Made by a program: the position numbers and the translations under genes | Assembly (NCBI GenBank): GCA_944322005.1 | Contig: CALUNL010000004.1 | Coordinates: 201,850-265,849, forward strand | Reading direction: 5' to 3' | Length of the DNA: 64,000 nucleotides | Origin: an uncultured Alistipes sp. | GTDB lineage: Bacteria > Bacteroidota > Bacteroidia > Bacteroidales > Rikenellaceae | Notes under the pieces: model-generated | Databases searched by the model: none | What the model was told of the DNA's origin: nothing | The model's input: the letters and a program-made list of their open reading frames with translations, nothing else | In this document: positions 10,978 through 21,381 of the stretch, piece after piece | Layout of the letters: the number at the start of each line of letters is the position of its first letter | How positions within the stretch are numbered: the first letter of the stretch is position 1

Positions 10978-13155
10978 TCAGTCATAGAATGCCCACGAAA
11001 GGCCGATCTTGAACATCCCTGGGTTGAGCGGATATTTGGCCACGGAGAAATATTCGCCGTTGCCGAACAGACCCTGGTTCAGATGCTGGTACTTTATCAA
11101 TATGCGCATGCGCTTCCACTTCGCGGAGACGAATGCGTCGATATAAGGGTAGTTTCCCACCTTGACCTCATTCTGGTTGTAGAACACGGATAGCGCAGGG
11201 TTGTAGCTCGTGGCGTAATAGCTCGTATTGAAACGCCCGTCGAGGCCTATCTGTATTCTCAAGACGTCGCGCTTGACCCAGAACTCGTAGTAGTACGACA
11301 AAAAGGCCGAAACCAGCGGCAGCGGGACAACCTCCCTGTCGGATGTGAGCTGCACGAGCACGCGGTGGTTCAGATGCAACCCCTTTATCGTAAAGTCCTT
11401 CTGCGCATAGATGCTCGTAAGGCTCACCACACCGCCGTACTGTTGCGGCAGACAGTCGGCACCGTAGTAGATCTTGTTGCGCAGGAAACTCTGCCATGCC
11501 CCGAGTTCGATTCCGTAGTCGGGCACCGAAAGCGCCACATGGAACCGCGTCTCCGCCTCCTTGCCGAAATCGTTGCTCCACCGGTAATGGTTCGACGACC
11601 AATTTTCCTGCCAATATCCCGGCGTGGTGCTCGTTTCGGAGAATGTTCCCGACAATATTATCGGTTTTTTCTTTATGTAGGCGATAAGTGCCAGGCGCGC
11701 GCCTATCGAGTAGTCGCCGCCGCGATACCCCGACGGATATATCTTGAAATCGGCACCCCAGTCGACATATTTCTTGATTTTTCCGTCCACCGAGGCATAT
11801 GCGAACCATGACGTACGGTCGGTACGGCTGTCCTCCCCTGCAAGATAGCTGCCCAGAGAGAACTGGGAATAGGTGTGGTAGTCGAGCCCGACACCGCCGT
11901 CGATGGTTCCGACCACACCGTTGCGGTCCCACGGCTGCGCCTGCACGAACAGGCGGTTGGATATCACGCGCTCGTAGGTGGAGTCGCGGGTCTCCGTCGG
12001 ATTCAGATACCAGTTCTTGTAGTAGGTGTCGGTGTGGGAGTTGTAGGTTCCGTCCTCGTTGCGCGAGTACCTCTCGTCGGTATATGTCGCATACTGGTCG
12101 GTGTATATCTTGCTCCACGAATTGTACTCGAACGTGTGGCCGATATATATCGCCGACAGCTCGGCCATGGAGAAGTCCCTTTCGGTCATCCTCTGCAACG
12201 GAATTCCTATCGACTGTTTTATGAAGAATGAGTTGTTGCGGTAGACGTTGACGGCATTCGCGCTCGCAAGCTTCATCGGTATGCCCGACGGCATCTCGAA
12301 TGTAGTGTCGGTTACGGCCCACTCGCCCACCACGCCGCCGTTCTCCTGTTGCTCAATGTGGTTGTTGATGTATCCGGCATGTACGGAGTAGCGACGTCCG
12401 GTATGGGCAAACGTACCGGCGAAATTGTGGTTCTTGACCCTGGCACGGTCGTACTTGCCGCGTGCTCCGCGCGCCTTGTAGTTGATGCTTACGGAGGTCG
12501 AAGGCGATATGTTCTGCGAAACGGTAGCCTCGAAATGCTCCTCGCGGTAGCGTTTCTGTCCCGACTCGAGATATGTCAGCCATATGTACGGATGCTTCAT
12601 GTTGTAGAACGGGACATTCTCCAGCGTATAGTTGTAGTCGTCGTACGGCTGCGAGAATGTGAACTCCTTGGAATCGGACCGGTCGAAATAGTTCACCGCA
12701 TTCGTCGCCTGGCCCAGTCCGCCGACGGAGTTGCTGCCCAGCCCCTTCACATAGTGCGGGTAGTCGATGCGCCACGAAGCGAGGGTCGTGTCTATCGACG
12801 CCATCTTTATGTCGTTGTAGTTGCGGTCGATATTCCACGAGAAGTTGCGCATCGCGCGGATGGAATCGTTGAAGAAGTACGATTCGAGAGGCTTGCGTAT
12901 GCGCGGCTTGGTCGAGTCGGCCTGTTCGCCGTTGTTCTGCTCGCCGTTCTCGCCGTTTTCACCCGTGCCGGTATCGTAAGGGTTTGTTCCGTATCCGGTA
13001 TTGTTGAGACCGTTCTGTCCCAAACCCTGCTGCTGTGCACGCTGTGCATTCATCAGCGAACGCGCATCGAGCTGTGCACGGGCAACGCCGCACACGGCCG
13101 ACAGCACCGCTGTCAGCACCACAAGGAACAATATTCGACGGAATCCCCCCAGCAT
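10978..13155 (-). CDS. Putative outer-membrane porin (Bacteroidetes putative-porin family)
   Basis: Signal peptide, Q/N/G-rich linker, alternating beta strands, C-terminal GLSWAFYD. Confidence 0.75.
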   Translation of the reverse strand: MLGGFRRILFLVVLTAVLSAVCGVARAQLDARSLMNAQRAQQQGLGQNGLNNTGYGTNPYDTGTGENGENGEQNNGEQADSTKPRIRKPLESYFFNDSIRAMRNFSWNIDRNYNDIKMASIDTTLASWRIDYPHYVKGLGSNSVGGLGQATNAVNYFDRSDSKEFTFSQPYDDYNYTLENVPFYNMKHPYIWLTYLESGQKRYREEHFEATVSQNISPSTSVSINYKARGARGKYDRARVKNHNFAGTFAHTGRRYSVHAGYINNHIEQQENGGVVGEWAVTDTTFEMPSGIPMKLASANAVNVYRNNSFFIKQSIGIPLQRMTERDFSMAELSAIYIGHTFEYNSWSKIYTDQYATYTDERYSRNEDGTYNSHTDTYYKNWYLNPTETRDSTYERVISNRLFVQAQPWDRNGVVGTIDGGVGLDYHTYSQFSLGSYLAGEDSRTDRTSWFAYASVDGKIKKYVDWGADFKIYPSGYRGGDYSIGARLALIAYIKKKPIILSGTFSETSTTPGYWQENWSSNHYRWSNDFGKEAETRFHVALSVPDYGIELGAWQSFLRNKIYYGADCLPQQYGGVVSLTSIYAQKDFTIKGLHLNHRVLVQLTSDREVVPLPLVSAFLSYYYEFWVKRDVLRIQIGLDGRFNTSYYATSYNPALSVFYNQNEVKVGNYPYIDAFVSAKWKRMRILIKYQHLNQGLFGNGEYFSVAKYPLNPGMFKIGLSWAFYD

Positions 13156-13161
13156 CTGTTT

Positions 13162-13881
13162 CTATTGCGACCTGCGCGAGCGAATCACCCACAAAACGGT
13201 CGAAACGACAACATATATAACGATGATAAGCGGTATTGCGTATATCCGGAGCCACAGCAACAGCGCCGCCGCAACAACCAGAAAGGCATAGCGCACCTCG
13301 TTCCCGCGCCAGCCGAACGACTTCATCTTGAACGAGAACATCCTTATGGGGCTTATCATAAGCACCGATGCCACCGCAACGATTGCGAATATCCACTCCT
13401 TGGCAAGCACCGTTCCGCCCGAAACGCAGCAGTAGCACAGCGAGGCGCAGAATATGGCGTCGGCCGTCGTGGTGAGACCCGCGAACTCCTCATGCTGCGA
13501 CTCGTCGATATTGAACTTGGCAAGGCGCAGGGCCGCGAATGCCGCCGAGAGCAGCAGCATGTACCGTCCGGCCTCCAGAAGCGTATCGTCGAGTCCGAAT
13601 GCGCTCGGCGACTGGCCGTACAGAACGAACATTGCGAAAGCCGGAGCCACTCCGAACGAGACCATGTCGGCCAGCGAATCGAGCTGCACGCCTATGGCCG
13701 ACGGGCATTTGAGCAGTCGCGCCGCGAAGCCGTCAAAGAAGTCAAACACGGCCGCGAGCACAATCAGTGCGGCAGCCAGGCGCAACTCCCCGTACAGCAG
13801 CGAGACAGCGATCGAGGCCGTTCCGCACATCAGGTTCGAGAGCGTCAGGAGGTTGGGTATGGTAAACAACTTTATGTTCAT
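13162..13881 (-). CDS. pssA: CDP-diacylglycerol-serine O-phosphatidyltransferase
   Basis: IPNLLTLSNL and DFFDGFAARLL...GVQLDSLADMVSFGVAP CDP-alcohol phosphotransferase signature. Confidence 0.88.
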   Translation of the reverse strand: MNIKLFTIPNLLTLSNLMCGTASIAVSLLYGELRLAAALIVLAAVFDFFDGFAARLLKCPSAIGVQLDSLADMVSFGVAPAFAMFVLYGQSPSAFGLDDTLLEAGRYMLLLSAAFAALRLAKFNIDESQHEEFAGLTTTADAIFCASLCYCCVSGGTVLAKEWIFAIVAVASVLMISPIRMFSFKMKSFGWRGNEVRYAFLVVAAALLLWLRIYAIPLIIVIYVVVSTVLWVIRSRRSQ

Positions 13882-13900
13882 TTTTACCGCTTTTAACCCG

Positions 13901-13928
13901 ACAAAGTTATAAAATATTTTTATCTTTG
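13901..13928. promoter_or_regulatory. Overlapping divergent promoters (pssA / mannose-1-phosphate guanylyltransferase)
   Basis: CAAAGTTA (TAACTTTG on minus) at 13901-13908; TATCTTTG on plus at 13921-13928. Confidence 0.65.
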
Positions 13929-13956
13929 TAAACGCGATAACAAATTAGTGACGGAA

Positions 13957-15036
13957 ATGGCCACTCACAGAAACATATACTGCGTCATAATGGCCGGCGG
14001 AGTCGGCACACGCTTCTGGCCGAAGAGCCGGCAGAACAGGCCCAAACAGTTCCTCGACATACTGGGGACCGGCAAGTCGTTCATCAGGATGACATACGAA
14101 AGATTCTCGGGAATGGTTCCCGACGACCACTTTCTCGTAGTCACCAACGCCCGCTACAAGGCATTGGTGAGGGAGCATGTGCCCGAGATAAGCGAGAGCC
14201 ACATACTCTGCGAGCCGATAGGCCGCAACACGGCCCCGTGCATCAGCTATGCCGCATACTACCTGCGCAAGATCGACCCGGAGGCGATGATGATCGTCAC
14301 GCCGTCGGACCATCTGGTGCTCGACCAGGCCGCATTCGACGAGGCGATGTCCGATGCAGTGGCATTTGCCGACCGCAACGACGCCCTGATGACGGTCGGA
14401 ATTTCGCCGAGCCGTCCCGAAACGGGCTACGGATACATACAGAAATCCGACAACAACACGATATCACGCGTAAAGTGCTTCACCGAGAAACCGAACCTCG
14501 AGCTGGCGCAAACCTTCCTGCAGTGCGGGGAGTTTTTCTGGAACTCGGGAATCTTCATCTGGAAGGTGGACGACATAATCGAGGCAATCGAGAAATACCT
14601 GCCCGAAAACGCCTCCCTGTTCGCCGCCATAGGCGACAAGTACGGCACGCCGGATGAGGCCGGAGCCATCGAGCGCGCATTCGCCGAGTGCCGCGCCATA
14701 TCCATCGACTACGGCGTCATGGAGAAGGCCGACAACGTATACGTGCGCATCAGCGACTTCGGATGGAGCGACATAGGGACCTGGGGTTCGCTCTACCAGC
14801 ACTCGCGCAAGGACAAGTACGCCAACGCCAAACCGGCCGAGAACTGCTACACGCACGAGACGCGCAGCTCCATCATATCGGTGCCGCCGGGCAAGATCGC
14901 AGTGATCAGCGGACTGCGCGACTACATCGTGGTCGACACGGAGGACGTGCTGCTCATATGCCCGCGCTCGGACGAGCAGAACATCAAGAAATACATCGAC
15001 GAGGTGAAGTACAACACCGGCGACAAACACATCTGA
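13957..15036 (+). CDS. manC: Mannose-1-phosphate guanylyltransferase
   Basis: [43 protein letters not shown] and GWSDIGTW. Confidence 0.9.
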   Translation: MATHRNIYCVIMAGGVGTRFWPKSRQNRPKQFLDILGTGKSFIRMTYERFSGMVPDDHFLVVTNARYKALVREHVPEISESHILCEPIGRNTAPCISYAAYYLRKIDPEAMMIVTPSDHLVLDQAAFDEAMSDAVAFADRNDALMTVGISPSRPETGYGYIQKSDNNTISRVKCFTEKPNLELAQTFLQCGEFFWNSGIFIWKVDDIIEAIEKYLPENASLFAAIGDKYGTPDEAGAIERAFAECRAISIDYGVMEKADNVYVRISDFGWSDIGTWGSLYQHSRKDKYANAKPAENCYTHETRSSIISVPPGKIAVISGLRDYIVVDTEDVLLICPRSDEQNIKKYIDEVKYNTGDKHI

Positions 15037-15038
15037 CA

Positions 15039-16304
15039 ATGTCGGACATCAACGAACTGTATGGCTGTTTCGAGGAGTGTTCGTGCGTTGTCACGGACTC
15101 GCGGCGCATCGTGCCCGATTCGCTCTTCTTCGCGCTCGGCGGCGAGCGCTTCGACGGCAACCGCTTCGTTGCCGACGCCCTGCGCGGCGGGGCCAGATAT
15201 GCCGTCGCCGACTCCGACTCCCCTGCGGCGGAGAATCCCGACCTGGCCGACCGCATCATACGTGTCGGCAACTCGCTCGAAGCCCTGCAGGCTCTCGCCC
15301 GCGAGCACCGCAGGCGCCTTGCGATTCCCATAATAGGCATCGTCGGCAGCAACGGCAAGACCACCACCAAGGAGCTCACGGCAAGGGTTCTCGCCGAGAA
15401 ATTCGAGGTATATGCCACACACGGCAACCTCAACAACCATATCGGAGTTCCGCTCACGCTGCTGTCGATGACCCGCGACACGCAGTTCGGCGTCGTCGAG
15501 ATGGGGGCAAGCGCATGCGGCGAGATAGCCGCGCTGTGTGCCATATCCGAACCGAATTACGGACTGATAACCAACATAGGCCGTGCACATCTCGAAGGTT
15601 TCGGAGGTGTGGAGGGGATACGCCGCGGCAAGGGCGAACTCTTCGACTTCCTCGAGGCCAACGGCGGCCGCGCATTCGTACCGACGGAGGATGCGACGCT
15701 CGTCGCAATGGCGCGCGAGCGTGAAGACATGGCCGTCGAGTACTACTCGCGCACGATAGCCGACGGAATACCGTCGCGCATGGTCGGAGAGTACAACCGC
15801 GCCAACATGGCCGCGGCGATAGCCGTCGGAAGATATTTCGATATCGACATGGAACGCATGCGCGAGGCCGTCTCATCGTACGAGCCCGACAACAACCGCT
15901 CGCAGACCATCCGCACCGGCCGCAACACAGTGATTGCGGACTGCTACAACGCCAACCCTTCGAGCATGCAGGCGGCAATCGAGACGCTGGCGGCAAGGGA
16001 GGCAGCGCAGCGGATGCTGATACTCGGCGACATGCTCGAGCTCGGCCGGTGGTCCGGTGAGGAGCACCGTCGCATCGTCTGCCTTGCGGCAGCCGTTCCC
16101 GATGCCGAGTTGCTGCTCATAGGCCGGGAATTTTCGGCTGCGGCCGGCAGCATACCAGGCATTTCGGAGAATGCCGCCGTCCGCACCTTCCCCGACACGG
16201 ACTCGGCCGCAGAGTACCTGAAGGCGAGCCCTCCGTCAGGAGCCACCGTTCTCGTAAAGGGGTCGCGCGGCATGGCACTCGAAAGGCTGATACCGCTGCT
16301 CTGA
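15039..16304 (+). CDS. murF: UDP-MurNAc-tripeptide-D-Ala-D-Ala ligase
   Basis: [18 protein letters not shown]-loop, [33 protein letters not shown] and KGSRG. Confidence 0.93.
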   Translation: MSDINELYGCFEECSCVVTDSRRIVPDSLFFALGGERFDGNRFVADALRGGARYAVADSDSPAAENPDLADRIIRVGNSLEALQALAREHRRRLAIPIIGIVGSNGKTTTKELTARVLAEKFEVYATHGNLNNHIGVPLTLLSMTRDTQFGVVEMGASACGEIAALCAISEPNYGLITNIGRAHLEGFGGVEGIRRGKGELFDFLEANGGRAFVPTEDATLVAMAREREDMAVEYYSRTIADGIPSRMVGEYNRANMAAAIAVGRYFDIDMERMREAVSSYEPDNNRSQTIRTGRNTVIADCYNANPSSMQAAIETLAAREAAQRMLILGDMLELGRWSGEEHRRIVCLAAAVPDAELLLIGREFSAAAGSIPGISENAAVRTFPDTDSAAEYLKASPPSGATVLVKGSRGMALERLIPLL

Positions 16305-16379
16305 CCGGCAGCGCCCGATTAAGCCGCAATCCGGACTGATTGCGGCCGACGGCACCGAAACACACAAAACATCCATACC

Positions 16380-18065
16380 ATGAAACGGCTACTGTCAATT
16401 GCGGCTGCGGCGACACTGCTCGTCTGCGGTCCCGTTGCGGCAAAGGAGACCCCGAAGTGGCTCTCCGACGCCGTCATCTACCACATCTACCCGTCATCCT
16501 ACATGGATTCCGACGGCGACGGAATCGGCGACCTCGAAGGCATACGCTCGAGGCTCGACTACATCCGCAGCGTCGGGTTCAACTGCATATGGCTCTCGCC
16601 ATGCTTCGTCAGTTCGTGGAAGGACGGCGGATACGACATCGTCGACTTCTACCGCGTCGACCCGCGCTTCGGGACGAACGACGACCTCGACGCCCTTGTG
16701 CGCGACGCCCACGCAAAGGGGATAAAGGTCCTTCTGGACCTTGTCGCAGGCCACACGTCGGCCGACCACCCGTGGTTCAGGGAGTCCTGCCGCGCGGAGC
16801 GCAACCGCTACAGCGACTACTACATCTGGACCGACGGCAAGCCGGAGAAGCGCCCCGGGCGCAAGTTCGTCGACAACGACTACCCGCGCAACGGCTACTA
16901 CCTGAAAAACTTCTTCGACATACAGCCGGCGCTCAACTACGGTTACCTCAATCCGAACCCGAAACACGAATGGGAGCAATCCTACGACGACGAGGGGCCG
17001 ACGGCCGTGCGCAACGAGCTGAAGAACATCATACGCTTCTGGTGCGACCGCGGGGTGGACGGATTCCGCGTCGACATGGCCTCGTCGCTCGTCAAGGGCG
17101 ACAATGCCGAGAGGGATGGCGTACGCAGGCTCTGGAGGGAGATTTTCGAGTGGTACGGCCGCGAATACCCCGAGAACATCATGCTCTCGGAGTGGTCCGA
17201 GCCGAAGCAGTCGCTCAGTGCCGGCTTCGACATCGACCTGATGATACACAACAAGGTCGGCGGGAAGATATACCGTCCGCTGGTCTGCGCGACCGACGAC
17301 AGGATGAACCCTACGGCATGCTACTTCGACAGGCGCGGGCAGGGCGAGATACGCAAACCGATGGAGATATACCGCGAGGTATACGAGGCTTCGCGCAAGA
17401 CGGGCGGCTACGCCTCCATGCCCACGTGCAGCCACGACATATGGCGTCTGAACCGCATGAACCGCAACACGCCGCAGGAGCTGAAGGTCGCCATGACGCT
17501 CTTCCTCACGCTGCCGGCTCCGCCGATCGTCTACTACGGCGAGGAGACGGGCATGCGCAACCTCGAGTACGCACCTCCGAAGGAGGGCAGCTTCTCGAGC
17601 CGCAACCGCTCCACATGCCGCACACCGATGCAGTGGGACACCACGGCGAATGCCGGATTCTCCACCGCCGACCCGTCGAAGCTCTACCTTCCGGTGGACA
17701 ACATGCCGGAGTTCCCGAACGTGGCGGAACAGGAGAACGACCCGAACTCGCTGCTCAACTACGTGCGCGGCCTCATAGCGCTGCGCGGCCGCACGCCGGC
17801 GCTCGGTGCCGACGGGGAGTGGCGGTACATCGGCGACCCCGACAACCCCTACCCGATGATATACGAGCGCAGCTCAGGCGGGGAGCGCTACGTGGTCGTC
17901 CTGAACCCGAGCGGACGCAAGGCATCCGGGACCGCGCCGAAGCTCGGCCGCAAGGCGGTATGGGTATACGGCACCGGCGCGAAGGATGCGCGATGCAGGA
18001 CCGATGCCGGGGCGCACACCTTCACCATGCAGCCCGTCAGCGCTGCCATATTCCGCATCGAATAG
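16380..18065 (+). CDS. Secreted GH13 alpha-amylase-family glycosidase
   Basis: Signal peptide; DSDGDGIGDL, GGYD, GFRVDMA (nucleophile Asp), LSEW (Glu), SHD (Asp), YYGEE and RTPMQW. Confidence 0.88.
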   Translation: MKRLLSIAAAATLLVCGPVAAKETPKWLSDAVIYHIYPSSYMDSDGDGIGDLEGIRSRLDYIRSVGFNCIWLSPCFVSSWKDGGYDIVDFYRVDPRFGTNDDLDALVRDAHAKGIKVLLDLVAGHTSADHPWFRESCRAERNRYSDYYIWTDGKPEKRPGRKFVDNDYPRNGYYLKNFFDIQPALNYGYLNPNPKHEWEQSYDDEGPTAVRNELKNIIRFWCDRGVDGFRVDMASSLVKGDNAERDGVRRLWREIFEWYGREYPENIMLSEWSEPKQSLSAGFDIDLMIHNKVGGKIYRPLVCATDDRMNPTACYFDRRGQGEIRKPMEIYREVYEASRKTGGYASMPTCSHDIWRLNRMNRNTPQELKVAMTLFLTLPAPPIVYYGEETGMRNLEYAPPKEGSFSSRNRSTCRTPMQWDTTANAGFSTADPSKLYLPVDNMPEFPNVAEQENDPNSLLNYVRGLIALRGRTPALGADGEWRYIGDPDNPYPMIYERSSGGERYVVVLNPSGRKASGTAPKLGRKAVWVYGTGAKDARCRTDAGAHTFTMQPVSAAIFRIE

Positions 18066-18076
18066 TGCGACAACGG

Positions 18077-18115
18077 AACAAGGAGAGGCGCCGATGCGCT
18101 TCTCCTTGTTTTTTT
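18077..18115 (+). terminator. Intrinsic terminator
   Basis: AACAAGGAGAGGCG-ccgatg-CGCTTCTCCTTGTT followed by a T tract. Confidence 0.75.
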
Positions 18116-18179
18116 CGCACAAATTGAGTAGTTTTGCAGATATTGATTTTTTGCACGTTTCACATTTACAGACTCTACA

Positions 18180-20120
18180 ATGAAGCAGACCAAATCGACT
18201 ACATCACTGCCCGAAAACGCCTACCGCGAACTCAAGCCGGGCGAAGAGTACAAGCCCGTGATGCCGGCACAGAGCCGTCCGGCCGAGGCTACCCCGTATT
18301 CCGTAACGATAGGCATCATCATGGCCGTGATTTTCTCCGCTGCAGCCGCATTCCTCGGGCTGAAGGTCGGACAGGTGTTCGAGGCCGCAATTCCGATAGC
18401 GATTCTCGCCGTCGGGTTCGGAAACTTCCGGCGCAAGGATAGCATGCTCGGCGAGAACGTCATAATACAGTCCATCGGGGCCTGCTCGGGCGTCATCGTC
18501 GCCGGAGCCATATTCACCCTGCCGGCACTCTACATCCTCGGACTCGAGGCCCACTTCTACCAGGTGTTCCTCTCGTCGCTGCTGGGCGGACTGCTCGGAA
18601 TCGTGCTGCTGATACCGTTCCGCAAATACTTCGTCAAGGAGATGCACGGCAAGTACCCGTTCCCGGAGGCCACCGCAACGACCGAAGTTCTCGTATCGGG
18701 CGAAAAAGGCGGCAAGCAGACCCTGATTCTCGCCATAGCGGGTGCCGTCGGCGGAATCTACGACTTCGTCGTGGCCACGTTCGGCGCATGGACCGACACC
18801 ATCTCCACCAAGATGGGGGCGCTGGGAACCGAGATAGCGTCGAGATTCAAGGTCGAACTCTCGCTCAATACCTCGGCCGCCGTACTCGGACTCGGATACA
18901 TCATCGGACTCAAGTACGCCGTCATAATCACTGCGGGCTCGTGCCTCGTGTGGTTCGTCATAATCCCGATCGCGGGATACATCATGCCCGACGCAGCTGC
19001 CGTGACCGCCAATGACCTGTATGTCAGCATCGGACGTCCGCTCGGCATCGGCGGCATCGCCATGGCGGGTCTCATCGGCATAATCCGACAGGCGGGCATC
19101 ATCCGACAGGCCGCATCGCTGGCCGTGAACGAGCTCAAGGGCAAGAAGAAGGGCGACGAGGCGGTGGAGCGCACGCAGCGCGACCTGCCGATGCGCACTA
19201 TTCTTTCGGTACTCATCGCCACGCTCGCCGCGGCATTCTGCTTCTTCCAGTTCGGCGTGCTGCACAACCTCACGCAGACCATTGTCGCGACGCTCATCGT
19301 CTTCGTCATAGCGTTCCTCTTCACCACCGTGGCAGCCAACGCCATAGCGATAGTCGGCACCAACCCGGTTTCGGGAATGACGCTGATGACGCTCATATTG
19401 AGTTCGCTCGTACTGGTGTCGATAGGCCTTACGGGCAAGGAGGGAATGACCGCCGCACTGGTAATCGGAGGTGTGGTATGTACGGCACTCTCGATGGCCG
19501 GCGGCTTCATCACCGACCTCAAAATCGGATACTGGCTCGGCAGCACCCCGCGCAAGCAGGAGGGATGGAAGTTCCTCGGAACGGTGGTTTCGGCCGCAAC
19601 CGTAGCAGGAGTGATGATGATTATGAACCAGACCTACGGCTTCGGCGAGGACAGCGTGCTCGTCGCCCCGCAGGCCAACGCCATGGCAGCCGTGATAAAG
19701 CCGCTGATGGAGGGAGGCGAAACACCGTGGATGCTCTACTTCGCGGGTGCCGTGCTCGCGCTGACGCTTACGGCAATCGGCGTTCCGGCACTGGCATTCT
19801 CGCTCGGAATGTTCATTCCGATGTCGCTCAACGCCCCGCTGGTTGTGGGCGGACTCATCGCATGGTTCGTATCCTCGCGCTCGAAGGACGAGGCTCTCAA
19901 CAAGGCGCGTTTCGACCGCGGAACGCTCATCGCATCGGGCCTTATCGCCGGCGGCGCACTCATGGGCGTGGTATCGGCAATACTCAAGTTTGCCGAGGTA
20001 GACTGGTACAATGCGGCGTGGGCAGGATCGAAGAATGCCGAATGGCTCGGTCTGGCGATGTACGTCGCAATAATCGTCTATGTCATCGTACACACGATGC
20101 GTGCGAAAAAGGAGGAATAA
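18180..20120 (+). CDS. OPT family oligopeptide transporter
   Basis: GLKVGQVFEAAIPIAIL, YPFPEATA, NPVSGMTL, DLKIGYWLG and APQANAM; about 16 hydrophobic segments. Confidence 0.9.
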   Translation: MKQTKSTTSLPENAYRELKPGEEYKPVMPAQSRPAEATPYSVTIGIIMAVIFSAAAAFLGLKVGQVFEAAIPIAILAVGFGNFRRKDSMLGENVIIQSIGACSGVIVAGAIFTLPALYILGLEAHFYQVFLSSLLGGLLGIVLLIPFRKYFVKEMHGKYPFPEATATTEVLVSGEKGGKQTLILAIAGAVGGIYDFVVATFGAWTDTISTKMGALGTEIASRFKVELSLNTSAAVLGLGYIIGLKYAVIITAGSCLVWFVIIPIAGYIMPDAAAVTANDLYVSIGRPLGIGGIAMAGLIGIIRQAGIIRQAASLAVNELKGKKKGDEAVERTQRDLPMRTILSVLIATLAAAFCFFQFGVLHNLTQTIVATLIVFVIAFLFTTVAANAIAIVGTNPVSGMTLMTLILSSLVLVSIGLTGKEGMTAALVIGGVVCTALSMAGGFITDLKIGYWLGSTPRKQEGWKFLGTVVSAATVAGVMMIMNQTYGFGEDSVLVAPQANAMAAVIKPLMEGGETPWMLYFAGAVLALTLTAIGVPALAFSLGMFIPMSLNAPLVVGGLIAWFVSSRSKDEALNKARFDRGTLIASGLIAGGALMGVVSAILKFAEVDWYNAAWAGSKNAEWLGLAMYVAIIVYVIVHTMRAKKEE

Positions 20121-20138
20121 CGGATAAAAGAGAGATAT

Positions 20139-21356
20139 ATGGAACTTAAGGAGAGATTTCTGAAATACGTCGCCGTCGACACGCAGAGTGCCGAGGAGAG
20201 CGAGACGTTCCCTTCGACGCAGAAACAGTGGACGCTACTGAACATGCTCGTCGACGAGATGAAGGCGCTCGGGCTGACCGAGGTGTCGATAGACAAATAC
20301 GGGTATGCCATGGGTACAATCCCCGCAAGCGAGGGTTGCGAAAACGCACCGGTAATAGGTTTCCTCGCACACGTCGACACGTCGCCGGACATGAGCGGCG
20401 AGAACGTGCGCCCGCGTATCATAGAGAACTACGACGGAGGGGACATCGTGCTGAACAACGCCCTGACCATGCGCGTGGAGGAGTTTCCGGAGCTGGAGAA
20501 CTTCATCGGGCACACCCTCATACATACCGACGGCACGACGCTGCTGGGAGCCGACGACAAGGCCGGCGTGGCCGAGATAATGAGTGCGGCGGAGTATCTG
20601 ATGTCGCACCCGGAGGTCAGGCACGGCAAAATCCGCATCGGCTTCACTCCCGACGAGGAGATAGGCCGCGGCGTCGACTTCTTCGACGTGAAGGCCTTCG
20701 GCGCGGATTTCGCCTACACGATGGACGGAGGCTACGAAGGCGAGCTCGAATACGAGAACTTCAACGCCGCCTCGGCCAAGATACAGATCAACGGCCGCAA
20801 CGTCCACCCGGGATACGCCAAGGGCAAGATGATAAACGCGATAGAGGTGGCCTGCGAACTCGACTCGATGATTCCGGCACAGGAGCGCCCGCAATACACC
20901 GAAGGTTACGAGGGCTTCTACCACTGTGTGGGCATCAACGGCACGGTCGAGCAGGCTAACATATCGTACATCATCCGCGACCACGACGCCGAGCGTTTCG
21001 AGCGCCGCAAGGTGTGGATGTGGAGCGTCGTCGACATGCTCAAGAAGAAGTACGGCGAGCAGGTGCTGACGCTCACGCTCAAGGACCAGTACTACAACAT
21101 GCGCAAGATGGTCGAGCCGCATCCGCAGGTCATCGACAAGGCTCTCGAGGCGATGCGCATGGCCGACGTGAAGCCGCTCGTAAGGCCCATACGCGGCGGA
21201 ACAGACGGAGCACGCCTCTCGTTCATGGGGCTGCCGTGCCCGAACATCTTTGCCGGAGGCATGAACTTCCACGGCAAATTCGAGTACTGCTCGCTCGACT
21301 CGATGGAGAAGGCGATGCGGGTTATTATCAACCTCGCTACGCTCTGGGCGAAATAG
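20139..21356 (+). CDS. pepT: Peptidase T (M20B)
   Basis: AHVDTS, LGADDKAG, FTPDEEIG, NVHPGYAKG, IRGGTDG and NFHG. Confidence 0.95.
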   Translation: MELKERFLKYVAVDTQSAEESETFPSTQKQWTLLNMLVDEMKALGLTEVSIDKYGYAMGTIPASEGCENAPVIGFLAHVDTSPDMSGENVRPRIIENYDGGDIVLNNALTMRVEEFPELENFIGHTLIHTDGTTLLGADDKAGVAEIMSAAEYLMSHPEVRHGKIRIGFTPDEEIGRGVDFFDVKAFGADFAYTMDGGYEGELEYENFNAASAKIQINGRNVHPGYAKGKMINAIEVACELDSMIPAQERPQYTEGYEGFYHCVGINGTVEQANISYIIRDHDAERFERRKVWMWSVVDMLKKKYGEQVLTLTLKDQYYNMRKMVEPHPQVIDKALEAMRMADVKPLVRPIRGGTDGARLSFMGLPCPNIFAGGMNFHGKFEYCSLDSMEKAMRVIINLATLWAK

Positions 21357-21381
21357 TGAAGCAAGACCAAAACAAGTCTGT

